Below are positions 54,744 through 64,000 of a DNA stretch of 64,000 nucleotides, piece by piece. Origin of the DNA: Telluria sp. (GTDB lineage: Bacteria > Pseudomonadota > Gammaproteobacteria > Burkholderiales > Burkholderiaceae_D); contig JBAQKU010000373.1 in assembly GCA_049301315.1 (NCBI GenBank), positions 3,787 to 67,786 on the forward strand, given 5' to 3'. Each line of letters opens with the position of its first letter. Within the stretch, counting starts at the first letter, position 1. Made by a program: the position numbers and the translations under genes. The notes below the pieces were generated by a model that had not been told where the DNA came from, searched no databases, and saw nothing but the letters and a program-made list of their open reading frames with translations.

Positions 54744-55520
54744 TTACCAGGTAGTTTCGGGACTCGAATGGAAGGTTCCAGAACGCAGTTGTGTAGCGGC
54801 AGCGGCTTCCTTGGCCTCGCGATCCGCGAGAGCCTGGTTTCGTGTGGCGATGGCGTTCTGCTGTGCAATAAGGAGACCACGGATCTGCAGAAGTTGATTT
54901 GCCTGATGGCTTGCCAACTGATTGGCATAGCCAATTGCCTCAAGCTGCCCCGCCGATCCCTGCGCCGCAGATTGTAGTCGTTGCAGCTGCGCAGCATCAC
55001 CCTGCATGGCATCCTGCTGCCGATCAAGGCCCTTAAATACTGCGTCATTCGCCTTCTTTTGTGATTCGGACCCAAGTCTCTCGGAGTCCTTCATTGCCGC
55101 CCATTCCGCCGGCGTACAGCCGTTCACGGAATAGCATGGCGATCCCCTATAAGCCGCCGTGTCCTTGAACTTGCCCAGGTAGGCATCGACGCTGCCCAAA
55201 TTGGCTTTGTAGTAGTTCAAGGTGTCGATGGAACCACGAAGCAGGCTCATCGTCGCGGCGGCCGAATCCCAGATCTGCATCGCAGGCGCCGTTGTATTCC
55301 GCAGCATATTTTCATATTGCTGGAGTTGGGTTTGGTATTGCTGGATCTGCTTCAATGTGTGCGTCACGTTCTCAATGGCAGTGACGATGTTCTGACGGAG
55401 GTTGCTCGCGTCAACGACGGGGAGAACGGCAAAAGCAGGCGCGATGACGCCAGGGATGGGCGACACAGTCAAAATCACAGCGACTTTAACCGATACAAAT
55501 TTGCGAATGAACGGTTTCAT
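54744..55520 (-). CDS. trbJ: TrbJ (VirB5-like)
   Basis: 258 aa with a signal peptide. The helical N-terminus PVVDASNLRQNIVTAIENVTHTLKQIQQYQTQLQQYENML is typical of TrbJ. Confidence 0.8.
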   Translation of the reverse strand: MKPFIRKFVSVKVAVILTVSPIPGVIAPAFAVLPVVDASNLRQNIVTAIENVTHTLKQIQQYQTQLQQYENMLRNTTAPAMQIWDSAAATMSLLRGSIDTLNYYKANLGSVDAYLGKFKDTAAYRGSPCYSVNGCTPAEWAAMKDSERLGSESQKKANDAVFKGLDRQQDAMQGDAAQLQRLQSAAQGSAGQLEAIGYANQLASHQANQLLQIRGLLIAQQNAIATRNQALADREAKEAAAATQLRSGTFHSSPETTW

Positions 55521-55535
55521 TTCCTCTCCTTGGCG

Positions 55536-56966
55536 TTAATAATCAAAAGCCGCATACGGCTTCGAGAATGTCATGTCCTTGATGACGATGACGTTGAACC
55601 GGTAGCCAGGCCGGATTTCCAGCGTTGGTGCGATGTTCAAATTCTTGGCGATTAGCTGCGCCGTCACCTGGCCCAGCTGCTGGCCGAGGGCTTCGCTCAT
55701 GGCGCTGCTGGCGGTCGGCCTGGCATTGGGGTTTCTGGCCTCCGGCTGGCTGAGCGCGATCCCCGCCGTCACGCCGGACATGAGGAAGGCCGACGAGAAC
55801 AGACGGAAGAAATGGTTGTTCACCTGGTCCTTGAAGCCGGCGTAGCCGGCGCTGTCAGCGCCTGGCATCGCGCCGATGTCCATCGCTTTCCCGTCCGGGA
55901 AGACGATACGTTGCCAGGCCACTAGAATGCGTGACTGGCCGTAAGCCACTTCGCTCGAATAGCTGCCGACCAGACGCGCCCCCTGCGGGATAAGCTTGTA
56001 CTTGCCGAGCGGCGTGTCGTACACGTCCTGGCTCACCTGCGCCATGATCTGGCCCGGCAGCTCGGAGTTGATGCCGGAAATGAGCGTGGCCGGCACCACG
56101 AAGCCTGCCCGCAGTTCGTACGGGGTGCGCGGCGCCTCCGGCTGCGATTCCAGACGCCAGCGGTCGTCCTGTACCGCTCCGGCGAACTTAGCGATGCCGT
56201 TGCGGACGGCCGAGGCTGGAACCAGCTTCGGCGCGGCAGCGCTCTGCCCGCCACCGCTCGCCCCGCCACCCAGGACCGCGCCTTGGATCTGCTGCAGGCG
56301 GGCCTCATAGGCCGCCGTGGGGTCGTCGCGCGTGCTGGCCTCGATCTGCTGGCGCACAGCCGCCAGGCGTGCCAGCGCCTCGTCGCGGCTCGCCGGCGCG
56401 TTCTGCATGCCCATTGGGACAGCTGCCGGACTTGAGCCGGCGCTGCGCGGCGTCGCCACCGACAGGCTGGTCCTGGCCTTGACCGCTTCGTCGAACTGCT
56501 GCAGCTTCATCATGCGGATGCGGTCGGCCTCCTCGTCGCGGGCGCTGCGTGCTTGCTGGTACTGCGCCTGCTGCTGGGAGGTCGGGGGCGCCCGCGTGCC
56601 GGGCGGCGTGGGAGGCAAGTCGAAACTGGTCGGCCGCGCGATGGCAATGGAGCCCGGCACCTCCAGATCCGGCACCGCTGGGGGCGTCGCGCCTTTCGCC
56701 TGAATCATGCCGTCCTTCTGGTCGCCAGCGATTTCTTTGGCAAACATGCTGGTGTTGCCACCTTTCGGTCCCTCGACGCGCTGCCCGGGCTGGTTCTGCT
56801 TCGCCGCGCGGTCGGAGGCGACGAGGACCATGATGAGCAGGAAAACGGCCAGGCCGCCAACCACGATGTAGAGGGGCATGTTGTTGACGCGGCGCACGCC
56901 CGACCGGTTCGATAGTTCGCCGGGCGAGGTGTCGGGCGGCATTTGATCTTCGTTGGTGATGCTCAT
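55536..56966 (-). CDS. trbI: TrbI (VirB10-like)
   Basis: 476 aa with an N-terminal TM segment, a Pro-rich linker and a conserved C-terminal beta domain (GYAGFKDQVNNHF..., RPGYRFNVIV). Confidence 0.85.
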   Translation of the reverse strand: MSITNEDQMPPDTSPGELSNRSGVRRVNNMPLYIVVGGLAVFLLIMVLVASDRAAKQNQPGQRVEGPKGGNTSMFAKEIAGDQKDGMIQAKGATPPAVPDLEVPGSIAIARPTSFDLPPTPPGTRAPPTSQQQAQYQQARSARDEEADRIRMMKLQQFDEAVKARTSLSVATPRSAGSSPAAVPMGMQNAPASRDEALARLAAVRQQIEASTRDDPTAAYEARLQQIQGAVLGGGASGGGQSAAAPKLVPASAVRNGIAKFAGAVQDDRWRLESQPEAPRTPYELRAGFVVPATLISGINSELPGQIMAQVSQDVYDTPLGKYKLIPQGARLVGSYSSEVAYGQSRILVAWQRIVFPDGKAMDIGAMPGADSAGYAGFKDQVNNHFFRLFSSAFLMSGVTAGIALSQPEARNPNARPTASSAMSEALGQQLGQVTAQLIAKNLNIAPTLEIRPGYRFNVIVIKDMTFSKPYAAFDY

Positions 56967-56972
56967 GCTCGC

Positions 56973-57449
56973 TTACTCCTTCCGTACCCAATAGCCGGCT
57001 GGTGCGATCTTTCCGTCTTTCGTCTGGTAGAGGCGTGACAGGGATTGGCTGTTGACGAGGACAGTGACCCGGTACAGCCCTGCATCCAGGGGCTGGTCTA
57101 CCACGTAGGCCAGCGCAACGTCCCCGGACTGGCCCGGCGCGGCAGTTGCTGTGCCATCCGGTGCGCCAGCTGGCGGGGCTGGCTTGAACTCGGCCATCGC
57201 GTAGCCCTTCGTGCGTAGCGAGGCGACGAGCGAGGCGCCGAAGGCGTCCGGCGTCGCCTGCCGCAGCTTGAAGCGGGTGCGGGCCGGTGGATACAGCGCG
57301 GCCAGCTTTTTCGCCACGTCGTCAGCCATCATCTTGTCGTCGGCCGCCACGGTGCCCTGAACGAAGTTGCCGTAGACGGCTGGCGCCGGACCGCTGACGC
57401 ATCCGGCCAGGCTCATTGCGATCAACGCGAGGGAGGTGAGCTTGCGCAT
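56973..57449 (-). CDS. trbH: TrbH lipoprotein (VirB7-like)
   Basis: 158 aa with the lipobox SLAGCVS, lying between trbG and trbI. Confidence 0.7.
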   Translation of the reverse strand: MRKLTSLALIAMSLAGCVSGPAPAVYGNFVQGTVAADDKMMADDVAKKLAALYPPARTRFKLRQATPDAFGASLVASLRTKGYAMAEFKPAPPAGAPDGTATAAPGQSGDVALAYVVDQPLDAGLYRVTVLVNSQSLSRLYQTKDGKIAPAGYWVRKE

Positions 57450-57450
57450 G

Positions 57451-58377
57451 TCATTTTTCCCTTGTGATCGTCACACGGTCCTGGCCATGGCCGACGCCGG
57501 CGATGAGGATCGCTTTATCGAACACCGTGTCCACGATGTAGCGGTCGCCTTGGACACGGTAATTGACCATGACGGTGTCATCGTCCGAGAACCAGCCGCC
57601 TTCCTTGCGCACCACCAGCAAGGTCGGTGCCTCGGTCTGCGCCATCGCCACCGGCATCTGAATGACGGTCTTGACGCCATCGTTGTAGACGCGGACGGGC
57701 TTCCAGGGCGCGGAGCCGGCCAGGTCGTACTTGAAATTCAGGTCGCCCAGATATTCCTTGGTCTGCGGTATGGTCTGGTCCTGCTTCTCCCTGACCTCGC
57801 GGGTCTTGATTGCGTCCCACTTCGCGGCGGTGTCCTCGGGGTAGATAAAGCTCACCTGCGGCATGAACTCGGTTCGGTGGGACCGCAGGTTCATGCGGTA
57901 GGTGCGGCGGTTCGTGGTGACGACCAGCGTGGTCAGCAAGCCCACATCAAGCGGCTTGATGATGAGGTGGAGGATTTCCGCCGCGCCACCCCCGCTGACG
58001 GCCGGCTCGACCGTGAAGCGCGGATCGCCGACGTTCAGGTTGTTGAGCTGTTCGCCTGGCTGCAGTTCCACGTCGCAGACCTGCAGCACGGCGCATACGA
58101 TGTTGACCTGCTGCGCGCCGTAGACGAAACGCACCGAGCCAGCTGGTCCGGCTACCGGTTTCATGCCGGTGGCCGCGCCGGCCTGCCACTTCTGCGCGAT
58201 GGTAATGGCCGCCTTCTCCTGCGGCGTGAGCTTCGGGTTCTGCTTCGAGAAATAGGCGTCGGCCGGGTTGTCGCTGGAGGCGCGTTCCTTCGCCTTGGCA
58301 GCGGCGCCGTTCTCACCGTAAGCCAGGGACAGCAGGGGCACCGCGCCCAAGATCATTGCTACAAACAGTTTTTTCAT
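57451..58377 (-). CDS. trbG: TrbG (VirB9-like)
   Basis: The track ORF starts at a TTG (58392). I prefer the ATG at 58377 (MKKLFVAM...), preceded by GAGGGG. The protein has a signal peptide and a VirB9-type C-terminus. Confidence 0.85.
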   Translation of the reverse strand: MKKLFVAMILGAVPLLSLAYGENGAAAKAKERASSDNPADAYFSKQNPKLTPQEKAAITIAQKWQAGAATGMKPVAGPAGSVRFVYGAQQVNIVCAVLQVCDVELQPGEQLNNLNVGDPRFTVEPAVSGGGAAEILHLIIKPLDVGLLTTLVVTTNRRTYRMNLRSHRTEFMPQVSFIYPEDTAAKWDAIKTREVREKQDQTIPQTKEYLGDLNFKYDLAGSAPWKPVRVYNDGVKTVIQMPVAMAQTEAPTLLVVRKEGGWFSDDDTVMVNYRVQGDRYIVDTVFDKAILIAGVGHGQDRVTITREK

Positions 58378-58388
58378 GGCGTTGCCCC

Positions 58389-59156
58389 TCAAAGTTGTTT
58401 CGACCAGGAGAAGTCACGGACGTGGACGCCGAGCGGGTTGTTGCGCATGTCCTCGTCCGTGGTTTCCGGCGTGGTCGGCATCGTGTACACAGTCACGAGG
58501 GCGCGCCAGCGCTGCGCCTCACCCTTCTTGACGCCCTGGCGATCGCGCACCGTCTCGGTCCAATCGACCTGCCAAGTATCGGGCGTCTGCGGGAGGACCG
58601 AAGCAATTTCGATGCTCACCGTCTCCTTGGCCGCGCGCTTGAACGGGCTGCTTTCCTCGGTGCCGTTGAGCCATTCATTGGTCTTGGCCGTCGCCGGGTC
58701 GTTGGGTGCGAGCATCGCGTACACCTTGAAGATCGCCTTGCGCTGCAGCGCGATATCCGGCGTGACCAGGCGCATGCTGCCGATCCAGTCGGCTACCGCC
58801 GCATGCACGACGCGCTGGTCCACCGGCGCCGCGCGGTCGACCGGCGCGACGGCCTGCCGCTGTCCCAGCCGGTCCACTTCCACCACGTATGGGATGAATT
58901 TCGACTGACTGCCGATGTAGATCACGCCGCCAACCCCAGCGAGCGCCACCAGAAGCGCCAGTACGCCAAGAAGCTGGAACATCTGCCGGCTGGCCACGTT
59001 CGCCGCGCTCTGATCGTTCCAGGTGCGGCGCGCCGCCAGGAAAGGATTCTCGTTCTCTCCTGGGCGCCGTCCACCTTTCAGTGCGTCCCCGTCTTGCCGC
59101 TCGTCGCCGGTCGTCTTCTTGAAGACCCGCCATTTCATGGTTTCCCCGAGATTCAT
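58389..59156 (-). CDS. trbF: TrbF (VirB8-like)
   Basis: I use the ATG at 59156, which overlaps the trbE stop (ATGA). The protein is 255 aa with a single TM segment (LLGVLALLVALAGVGGVIYI). Confidence 0.85.
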   Translation of the reverse strand: MNLGETMKWRVFKKTTGDERQDGDALKGGRRPGENENPFLAARRTWNDQSAANVASRQMFQLLGVLALLVALAGVGGVIYIGSQSKFIPYVVEVDRLGQRQAVAPVDRAAPVDQRVVHAAVADWIGSMRLVTPDIALQRKAIFKVYAMLAPNDPATAKTNEWLNGTEESSPFKRAAKETVSIEIASVLPQTPDTWQVDWTETVRDRQGVKKGEAQRWRALVTVYTMPTTPETTDEDMRNNPLGVHVRDFSWSKQL

Positions 59157-61690
59157 GCCATTACTCCGTAGTCGTTGAGGTTCAGTCCCTTGGATGCCAG
59201 CCATTCGTGCACCCAGCCTTCTCCGTGCTGGGCTTCGAACTGCTGGATCGTGGCAATCGATTCCTTGTCCGTCGAACCCGCAAAGGCGAGCGCCAGCGGA
59301 CCGAGGGCCGCGTCGTACAGCCTGCATCCGCCTTCGGACACCACGTAGTACTGGCGCTTAGGTATGGCCGTGGCGATGATGTCGATCTGCTTGGTGTTCA
59401 GGTTCATCTGGCGGTACAGGGCGGCGGCCTCGTCGCTCTTGGCGTCGCGGTTGGGCAGGTAGATCTTGGTTGCCGTCGATTCGATGATGACGTCGAGGAT
59501 GCCGCTCTTCGAGGCGTCCGTGAGGCTCTGCGTGGACAGCAGTAATAGGCAATTCGCCTTGGCGAACGCCTTGAGCCATTCGCGGATCTTGTCGCGAAAT
59601 GCAGGGTGGCCTAGCATCAGCCAGGCCTCGTCGATCAGTATCATCGTCGGCTTACCGTGCAGGTTGCGCTCGATGCGGCGGAACAGGTAGAGCAGGACCG
59701 GCAGGGCGAACTTCTCGCCAAGGTTCATCAGCTCGGCGATTTCAAAGGTGGTGAATGTGGACAGGCTCAGGCCGTCCTCTTCGGCATCGAGCAGGTGCCC
59801 CATGAGACCATCGACGGTGTACTGTTTCAGCGCTGCCCGGATTTCCTTGTCCTGGATCGTCAGCGTGAACTCGGTCATGGTGCGCGCACCGCTGTCGTGC
59901 ATGTTCATGATCGTCTGGCCGATTTCGTTGCGCTGGTCCGGCGTGGTCGTCACGTTGTTGAGCGCCAGGATTGTGTCGATCCACTCCATCGCCCAGGCGC
60001 GGTCGCCCTTGGTGTCGAGGAATTGCAGCGGGCAGAAGGCGAGGCGGCTGTCGTCGGCCGCGACCTTGAAATGGTTGCCCTTGACGCCCTTGGTCGTCGG
60101 GTACATCGACATGCCCTTGTCGAAAACGTAGATCGACATGCCCAGGTAGCGGCGCGCCTGCATGGCGATCAGGGCCAGCATGGTCGATTTTCCCATCCTG
60201 GTCGGGCCCAGCATGAGCGTGTGCCCGAGGTCGAGGAAGTGCAGATTGAGACGAAACGGGGTGGCGCCGTGGGTGACGCAACTCATCAGCGGCGGTGACT
60301 GCGCCGGGTACAGCGGGCACGGGGCATAATTCAAGCCGGTCCAGATCGTACTCGTCGGCATCAGGTCCGCCAGGTTCATCGTGTGGATCAGCGGCCGGCG
60401 CACGTTCTCGACGCCGTGCCCCGGCAGACTGCCAAGGAAGGCGTCGAGCGTATTGATCGTCTCGATGCGGGCGGTGAAGCCGATCCGGTTGATGGCCTTT
60501 TCCAGCATGCGAGCCGCCCCTTCGAGCTTGTCGCGGTCCTCGTCCATCAGAATCACGACGCTGGTGTAGTAGCCCTGCGAAACTAGGCCGCTATTGGTCT
60601 CTGCGATGGCTGATTGCGCGTCGGCGACCATCGACATCGCGTCCTCGTCGATGGCGCCGGTGTTGGTGTTGAATACCTGGTCGAAGAATCCCCGGATCTT
60701 CTGCTTCCACTTCTTGCGAAACTTGTCCAGGTGGGCCACCGCCTCGTGCGGGTCCATGAAGATGAAGCGTGACGACCAGCGGTATTCGCAGGGCTGTTCC
60801 CCGAGGGCCGTCAGGATGCCAGGCGTCGATTCGAGGGGGAAGCCCTCGATGGCGACGGCCTGGACGAACTTGCGACCGATCTTCGGCACCACGCCGGTCC
60901 ACAGCTCCTGCCCCCCGATCAACGCGTCGAGGTACATGGGATTGCTCGGCAGTAGAACGGGGTGGTTCAGGCCCGTGACGCAGAACTGCAGCCAGCGCAA
61001 AAAATCGTCGTGGGTGACGGTGCTGCCGTCCTCCTGGACGACCTTCTGGCCCCCCAGGCGCGTGAGCTTGACGGCGGCCGACAAGCGCGACTCGATGCTG
61101 ACGCACTCGCGCTTGAAGTAGTCGATCAGCCCATGCGTGCGCGACTTGCGGTCCTGCGGCGCAGCCTCGTCGTCGAACATCAGCTCGACGAATTTGCGCT
61201 GCGCGAGCAGCGGCGGGAAGTAGGTCACGGTCAGCACGAAGTAGCCCTCGTACATGGTACCCAGCCTCTCGAACAGCCGGCGCCTTTCCTCATCCACCGC
61301 GGCTGTCAACGGATCGGGGAAATTCGAGGCGCCCGGTGCCGGATAGGCGGGCGCGGGCCGGCGCACCGCGTCCGCGTGGATCATCCAGCCGTTGCCCATG
61401 CCAGACAGTGCCTGGTTAAGGCGGAACGAGACCATTTCCCGCTGCTCGTCGGTGCTGCTGGCGTTGTCCTCGCCCTGGTAGAGCCAGGATGCCATAAACG
61501 ATCCATTCTTCCCGACGATAATCCCGTCCTCGACCATCGCCGCGTAGTTCAGCAAGTCGGCAAAGCCGGCGTCCTTGGAACGATGCTTTTTCAATTCCAG
61601 TTGGCTGTTGGCGGCGCGGATTCGCGAATACAGTAAAAGCAGCATCACCGCGCCGAGGACTGCGATGGCTAGGGTTATGGTGGCGATCAT
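59153..61690 (-). CDS. trbE: TrbE (VirB4 ATPase)
   Basis: I use the ATG at 61690, which overlaps the trbD stop. The protein is 845 aa with Walker A LMLGPTRMGKST and Walker B MILIDEAW. Confidence 0.95.
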   Translation of the reverse strand: MIATITLAIAVLGAVMLLLLYSRIRAANSQLELKKHRSKDAGFADLLNYAAMVEDGIIVGKNGSFMASWLYQGEDNASSTDEQREMVSFRLNQALSGMGNGWMIHADAVRRPAPAYPAPGASNFPDPLTAAVDEERRRLFERLGTMYEGYFVLTVTYFPPLLAQRKFVELMFDDEAAPQDRKSRTHGLIDYFKRECVSIESRLSAAVKLTRLGGQKVVQEDGSTVTHDDFLRWLQFCVTGLNHPVLLPSNPMYLDALIGGQELWTGVVPKIGRKFVQAVAIEGFPLESTPGILTALGEQPCEYRWSSRFIFMDPHEAVAHLDKFRKKWKQKIRGFFDQVFNTNTGAIDEDAMSMVADAQSAIAETNSGLVSQGYYTSVVILMDEDRDKLEGAARMLEKAINRIGFTARIETINTLDAFLGSLPGHGVENVRRPLIHTMNLADLMPTSTIWTGLNYAPCPLYPAQSPPLMSCVTHGATPFRLNLHFLDLGHTLMLGPTRMGKSTMLALIAMQARRYLGMSIYVFDKGMSMYPTTKGVKGNHFKVAADDSRLAFCPLQFLDTKGDRAWAMEWIDTILALNNVTTTPDQRNEIGQTIMNMHDSGARTMTEFTLTIQDKEIRAALKQYTVDGLMGHLLDAEEDGLSLSTFTTFEIAELMNLGEKFALPVLLYLFRRIERNLHGKPTMILIDEAWLMLGHPAFRDKIREWLKAFAKANCLLLLSTQSLTDASKSGILDVIIESTATKIYLPNRDAKSDEAAALYRQMNLNTKQIDIIATAIPKRQYYVVSEGGCRLYDAALGPLALAFAGSTDKESIATIQQFEAQHGEGWVHEWLASKGLNLNDYGVMA

Positions 61691-61998
61691 TTGTATTGCT
61701 TCCCTTGGCTTCTCGTGTTGATACGGAAAGGAGTGCTGCGCGCCGGGTAGTACGGCTTGTACTTGCGGTGCCGCATATACACGAAGCGCAGCTTGGGATC
61801 GGACTTCGCCATGAGCCGGCACAAATACAGTGCGCCGAACCACAACAGTAGGCCGACGACCGTCGCCCTCAACTCTTGAGCGCTGAATATCAGCGCGAAT
61901 GCCATCAGCCCGGAAAACATCACCAGTTCACGATCCCCGCCCATGAACAGGTTCTGTCGATTGCCGGCCCGACGAATGGGGATCGTGCGCAACGCCAT
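61687..61998 (-). CDS. trbD: TrbD (VirB3-like)
   Basis: It starts MALRTIPIRRAGNRQNLFMGGDRELVM, nearly identical to the RP4 TrbD N-terminus. Length is 103 aa. Confidence 0.85.
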   Translation of the reverse strand: MALRTIPIRRAGNRQNLFMGGDRELVMFSGLMAFALIFSAQELRATVVGLLLWFGALYLCRLMAKSDPKLRFVYMRHRKYKPYYPARSTPFRINTRSQGKQYK

Positions 61999-62000
61999 GA

Positions 62001-62432
62001 CTACGCCACCCAACCCGTCGCTGCCATGGTGATCAGCTGCAGCTGCGTCGCCGCGGCGTCGCCGAGGGCAGCGATTTCAGCGCCACGACCGAAGAAGGTG
62101 CTCATCACGTTTTGCGCACCGACTAGCAGTGCCATCACCAGAACCAGGAAGATCAGCGTACGGAAGAAACCGTTGAGGTCGCCGCCGAAGATCAGGACGC
62201 CGCCCGCGATCACGATGCCGATGATCGACAACGTGAAGGCGACCGGGCCGGTGACGGAATTGCGCAGGTTGGTAAGCCAGGATTCGTAGGGCAGCGAACC
62301 GCCCGTGCCCTCCGAGGCGAAGGCGTGAAGAGGCGCCAGCAGGATGAATGCCAACAGGATCGCCCCGCCAATGAAGAACATCCTGGAGCGATTGATGGTG
62401 GTATCGGGTTGGTGGTACAGAGGTGCGTGCAT
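62001..62432 (-). CDS. trbC: TrbC pilin precursor (VirB2-like)
   Basis: I use the ATG at 62432 (MHAPLYHQ...). The protein is 143 aa with a signal-like segment and two hydrophobic helices. Confidence 0.85.
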   Translation of the reverse strand: MHAPLYHQPDTTINRSRMFFIGGAILLAFILLAPLHAFASEGTGGSLPYESWLTNLRNSVTGPVAFTLSIIGIVIAGGVLIFGGDLNGFFRTLIFLVLVMALLVGAQNVMSTFFGRGAEIAALGDAAATQLQLITMAATGWVA

Positions 62433-62442
62433 GGGATGGCTC

Positions 62443-63405
62443 CTAAATGGTATTGGTAAGGTACCGGCCGTCCCCGTACCCGGAAATCTCGATGATTTCC
62501 TGGATGCGGCGGCCGTCGGGGACGCGGGCGATATGGACAACCAACTGAACCGCCTCGCCGATGAGCGGTTCGATGTCGGATGGAGCCGCCTCGTTACGGC
62601 TGATGAGCGACTTCAATCGAGTCAGGGCCGTATGCGGTGTGTTGGCATGCAGCGTTGCCGCGCCCCCTTCGTGCCCAGTGTTCCAGGCGTCGAGCAGATC
62701 GAGCGCTTCGGCGCCGCGCACCTCGCCGACCAGGATGCGGTCCGGCCGCATGCGCAGAATGACCTTGAGCAGCGCCGTCATTGGCACTTCCAGGGTCGTG
62801 TGATATTGAACGTAGTTCTCGGCGGAGCACTGGATCTCCCCGGTGTCCTCGATGATGCACACCCGCTCGATGGGATTGCACAGCACCATTTCATTGATGA
62901 TCGCGTTGACCAGAGTGGTCTTGCCGGACCCGGTGCCGCCGCTGACAAGGATGTTGCGGTGGTTCCTGACTGCGGCTTTGATCGCGTCGTAGTGCTTGCC
63001 GGACATGATGCCGCCTTCCAGGTACTGCTCGAGCGTGAAAATGGCGATGGCCTTCTTCCTGATGGCGAAGGTCGGCGCGGCAACGATGGGGGGCAGTTGG
63101 CCGGCGAACCGAGAGCCGTCGAGCAGTAGCTCGCCCTCGACGATGGGCATGGTCGCGGTGACCGTCTTGCCGAGGCAGCTGGCCACCGTCCGAATGATGG
63201 CCTCGCCCTGCGCCGGCCGCAGCGTTCCGATGCACTTCATTGGCTCGCCCAGGCGCTCTTGCCACAGCCGTCCATCGGCGTTGAGCAGGATTTCGACTGT
63301 CTTGGGGTCGTGCAGCGCCGCCAGCATCAGCGGCCCCATGTCGCGCTCAAGCTTTCTCTTCGCGCGGATGCCGCTATCTGACGTGTCTGTTTCCTGATCG
63401 GCCAT
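62443..63405 (-). CDS. trbB: TrbB (VirB11-family hexameric ATPase)
   Basis: 320 aa, the same length as RP4 TrbB. It has Walker [13 protein letters not shown] and the conserved [12 protein letters not shown]. Confidence 0.95.
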   Translation of the reverse strand: MADQETDTSDSGIRAKRKLERDMGPLMLAALHDPKTVEILLNADGRLWQERLGEPMKCIGTLRPAQGEAIIRTVASCLGKTVTATMPIVEGELLLDGSRFAGQLPPIVAAPTFAIRKKAIAIFTLEQYLEGGIMSGKHYDAIKAAVRNHRNILVSGGTGSGKTTLVNAIINEMVLCNPIERVCIIEDTGEIQCSAENYVQYHTTLEVPMTALLKVILRMRPDRILVGEVRGAEALDLLDAWNTGHEGGAATLHANTPHTALTRLKSLISRNEAAPSDIEPLIGEAVQLVVHIARVPDGRRIQEIIEISGYGDGRYLTNTI

Positions 63406-63629
63406 CGTAACCTCCGTTCAACCGCAGTCAATCTATATGCGACGGATATAACGAAATAGCGTTTTAAACAAACTTTCTAAAAAAATATCTCTTATTACGC
63501 CAGAATTTGTGGGGAATCAAGCCCACAGCTCGCTTGGGACCGTGCGGACGCAGCTTGAGAGCGGGGACGGAGTGCTACCAGCCGGTTGTTCGATGGACAA
63601 ACGTGATGCTGCTTTTGGTGTTGCGCTTC

Positions 63630-63995
63630 CTAGCGCTTCTTGCCGATTTTCTTGCGGTTCTCTTGATCCCATTGCTTGACATTAAAAGCTTGGAATTCGG
63701 TCAACACAGCGGAGACCCGCACGAAGCCGTCCGGCAAACTCTTGAGGGCGGTGCCGCCGGCGAGAGCGTCCAGCGTTTCCTGATCGAGGTCGGTGATTTC
63801 AAGCAATGCGGGCAGCGCGGTTTTCAAGGCCTTGGCGATGGCCTCCATAATCTTGAGCGATGGATTTGCTTTGCCATTGGTAAGGTCCGACAAGAATGAC
63901 ACCGAAATTTCGGCCTGGTCTGCAAGCTCGCTCTTCGTCATGTTCTGCTCATCAAGCAGCCGCAGGACGTTTGTGAAAAATATTTGGTTGTGCAC
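63630..63995 (-). CDS. trbA: TrbA-like XRE-family HTH repressor (5' end may extend past the window)
   Basis: 121 aa from a GTG 5 nt from the window edge. It has the HTH MTKSELADQAEISVSFLSDLTNGKANPSLKIMEAIAKAL and lies upstream of trbB, as in IncP-1. Confidence 0.65.
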   Translation of the reverse strand: MHNQIFFTNVLRLLDEQNMTKSELADQAEISVSFLSDLTNGKANPSLKIMEAIAKALKTALPALLEITDLDQETLDALAGGTALKSLPDGFVRVSAVLTEFQAFNVKQWDQENRKKIGKKR

Positions 63996-64000
63996 GGTAA

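Larger units (their letters stand above)
19402..64000. mobile_element. IncP-1 (RP4/RK2)-like conjugative backbone with two cargo insertions (plasmid or integrated derivative; right end beyond window)
   Basis: Gene content and order are korB-kfr ... traM-L-K / oriT / traJ-I-H-G-F ... primase ... trbN-L-K-J-I-H-G-F-E-D-C-B-trbA. The oriT is RP4-like and KorB operators are present. Confidence 0.8.

Noticed and set aside
57436-58908. 490-aa plus-strand ORF
   Set aside because: It lies entirely antisense to trbH/trbG/trbF. Its composition is rich in R/G/A/V/H, as expected for the reverse frame of GC-rich genes. The minus-strand genes have clear Trb identities.
1-64000. CRISPR arrays, rRNA genes, intact tRNA genes, IS elements with terminal inverted repeats
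   Set aside because: I looked for regularly spaced direct repeats, rRNA-like conserved strings, full cloverleafs and transposase ORFs. None was found. The only tRNA-related sequences are truncated 3' halves.

Overview
This is a mosaic window dominated by mobile elements, from a fairly GC-rich, probably proteobacterial replicon. I saw no rRNA genes, no intact tRNA genes and no CRISPR array. All functional calls rest on motifs, gene order and sizes read by eye from the ORF track and DNA. No searches were run.

(1) 1-11.5 kb, minus strand: a defence island. It holds a class-2 OLD ATPase/TOPRIM nuclease coupled to a UvrD-like helicase (Gabija-like; the helicase runs off the left edge). Next come five tightly packed genes: HTH, SNF2 helicase, DUF4391-like, type III Mod, type III Res.

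(2) 12.2-16.2 kb: a recombination junction. Two tyrosine integrases sit back to back, each reading into a truncated tRNA 3' half (Pro-GGG and Asn-GTT). A structured C-tract/inverted-repeat element follows.

(3) 17-19 kb: a Tde/Tdi-like pair, an Ntox15-type HxxD toxin with a GAD-like/DUF1851-type immunity gene.

(4) 19.4-64 kb: a conjugation backbone like IncP-1 (RP4/RK2).
- It contains kleE-like, korB, kfr-position genes, traM-L-K, and an oriT with an RP4-like nick region.
- It continues with traJ-I(H)-G-F, an ArdC/primase fusion, trbN-L-K-J-I-H-G-F-E-D-C-B and trbA.
- There are two perfect KorB operators. korA/incC are absent from their canonical place.

Two cargo blocks interrupt the backbone.
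- 24.2-33.2 kb (visibly AT-richer). Its left part is an integron cassette array without an integrase, with three canonical attC sites on the minus strand. The cassettes carry a SIR2 + TIR/NDT-like + HEPN protein, a 320-aa protein sharing that middle module, and an 86-aa ORF. To the right lie an unknown 309-aa gene, a second Gabija-like pair and a solo RES-domain protein.
- 45.0-52.1 kb: a type I R-M operon, hsdR-hsdS-prrC-like-hsdM, at the tra/trb junction.

The cassette-borne SIR2/TIR-like/HEPN genes are my best candidates for an undescribed system.
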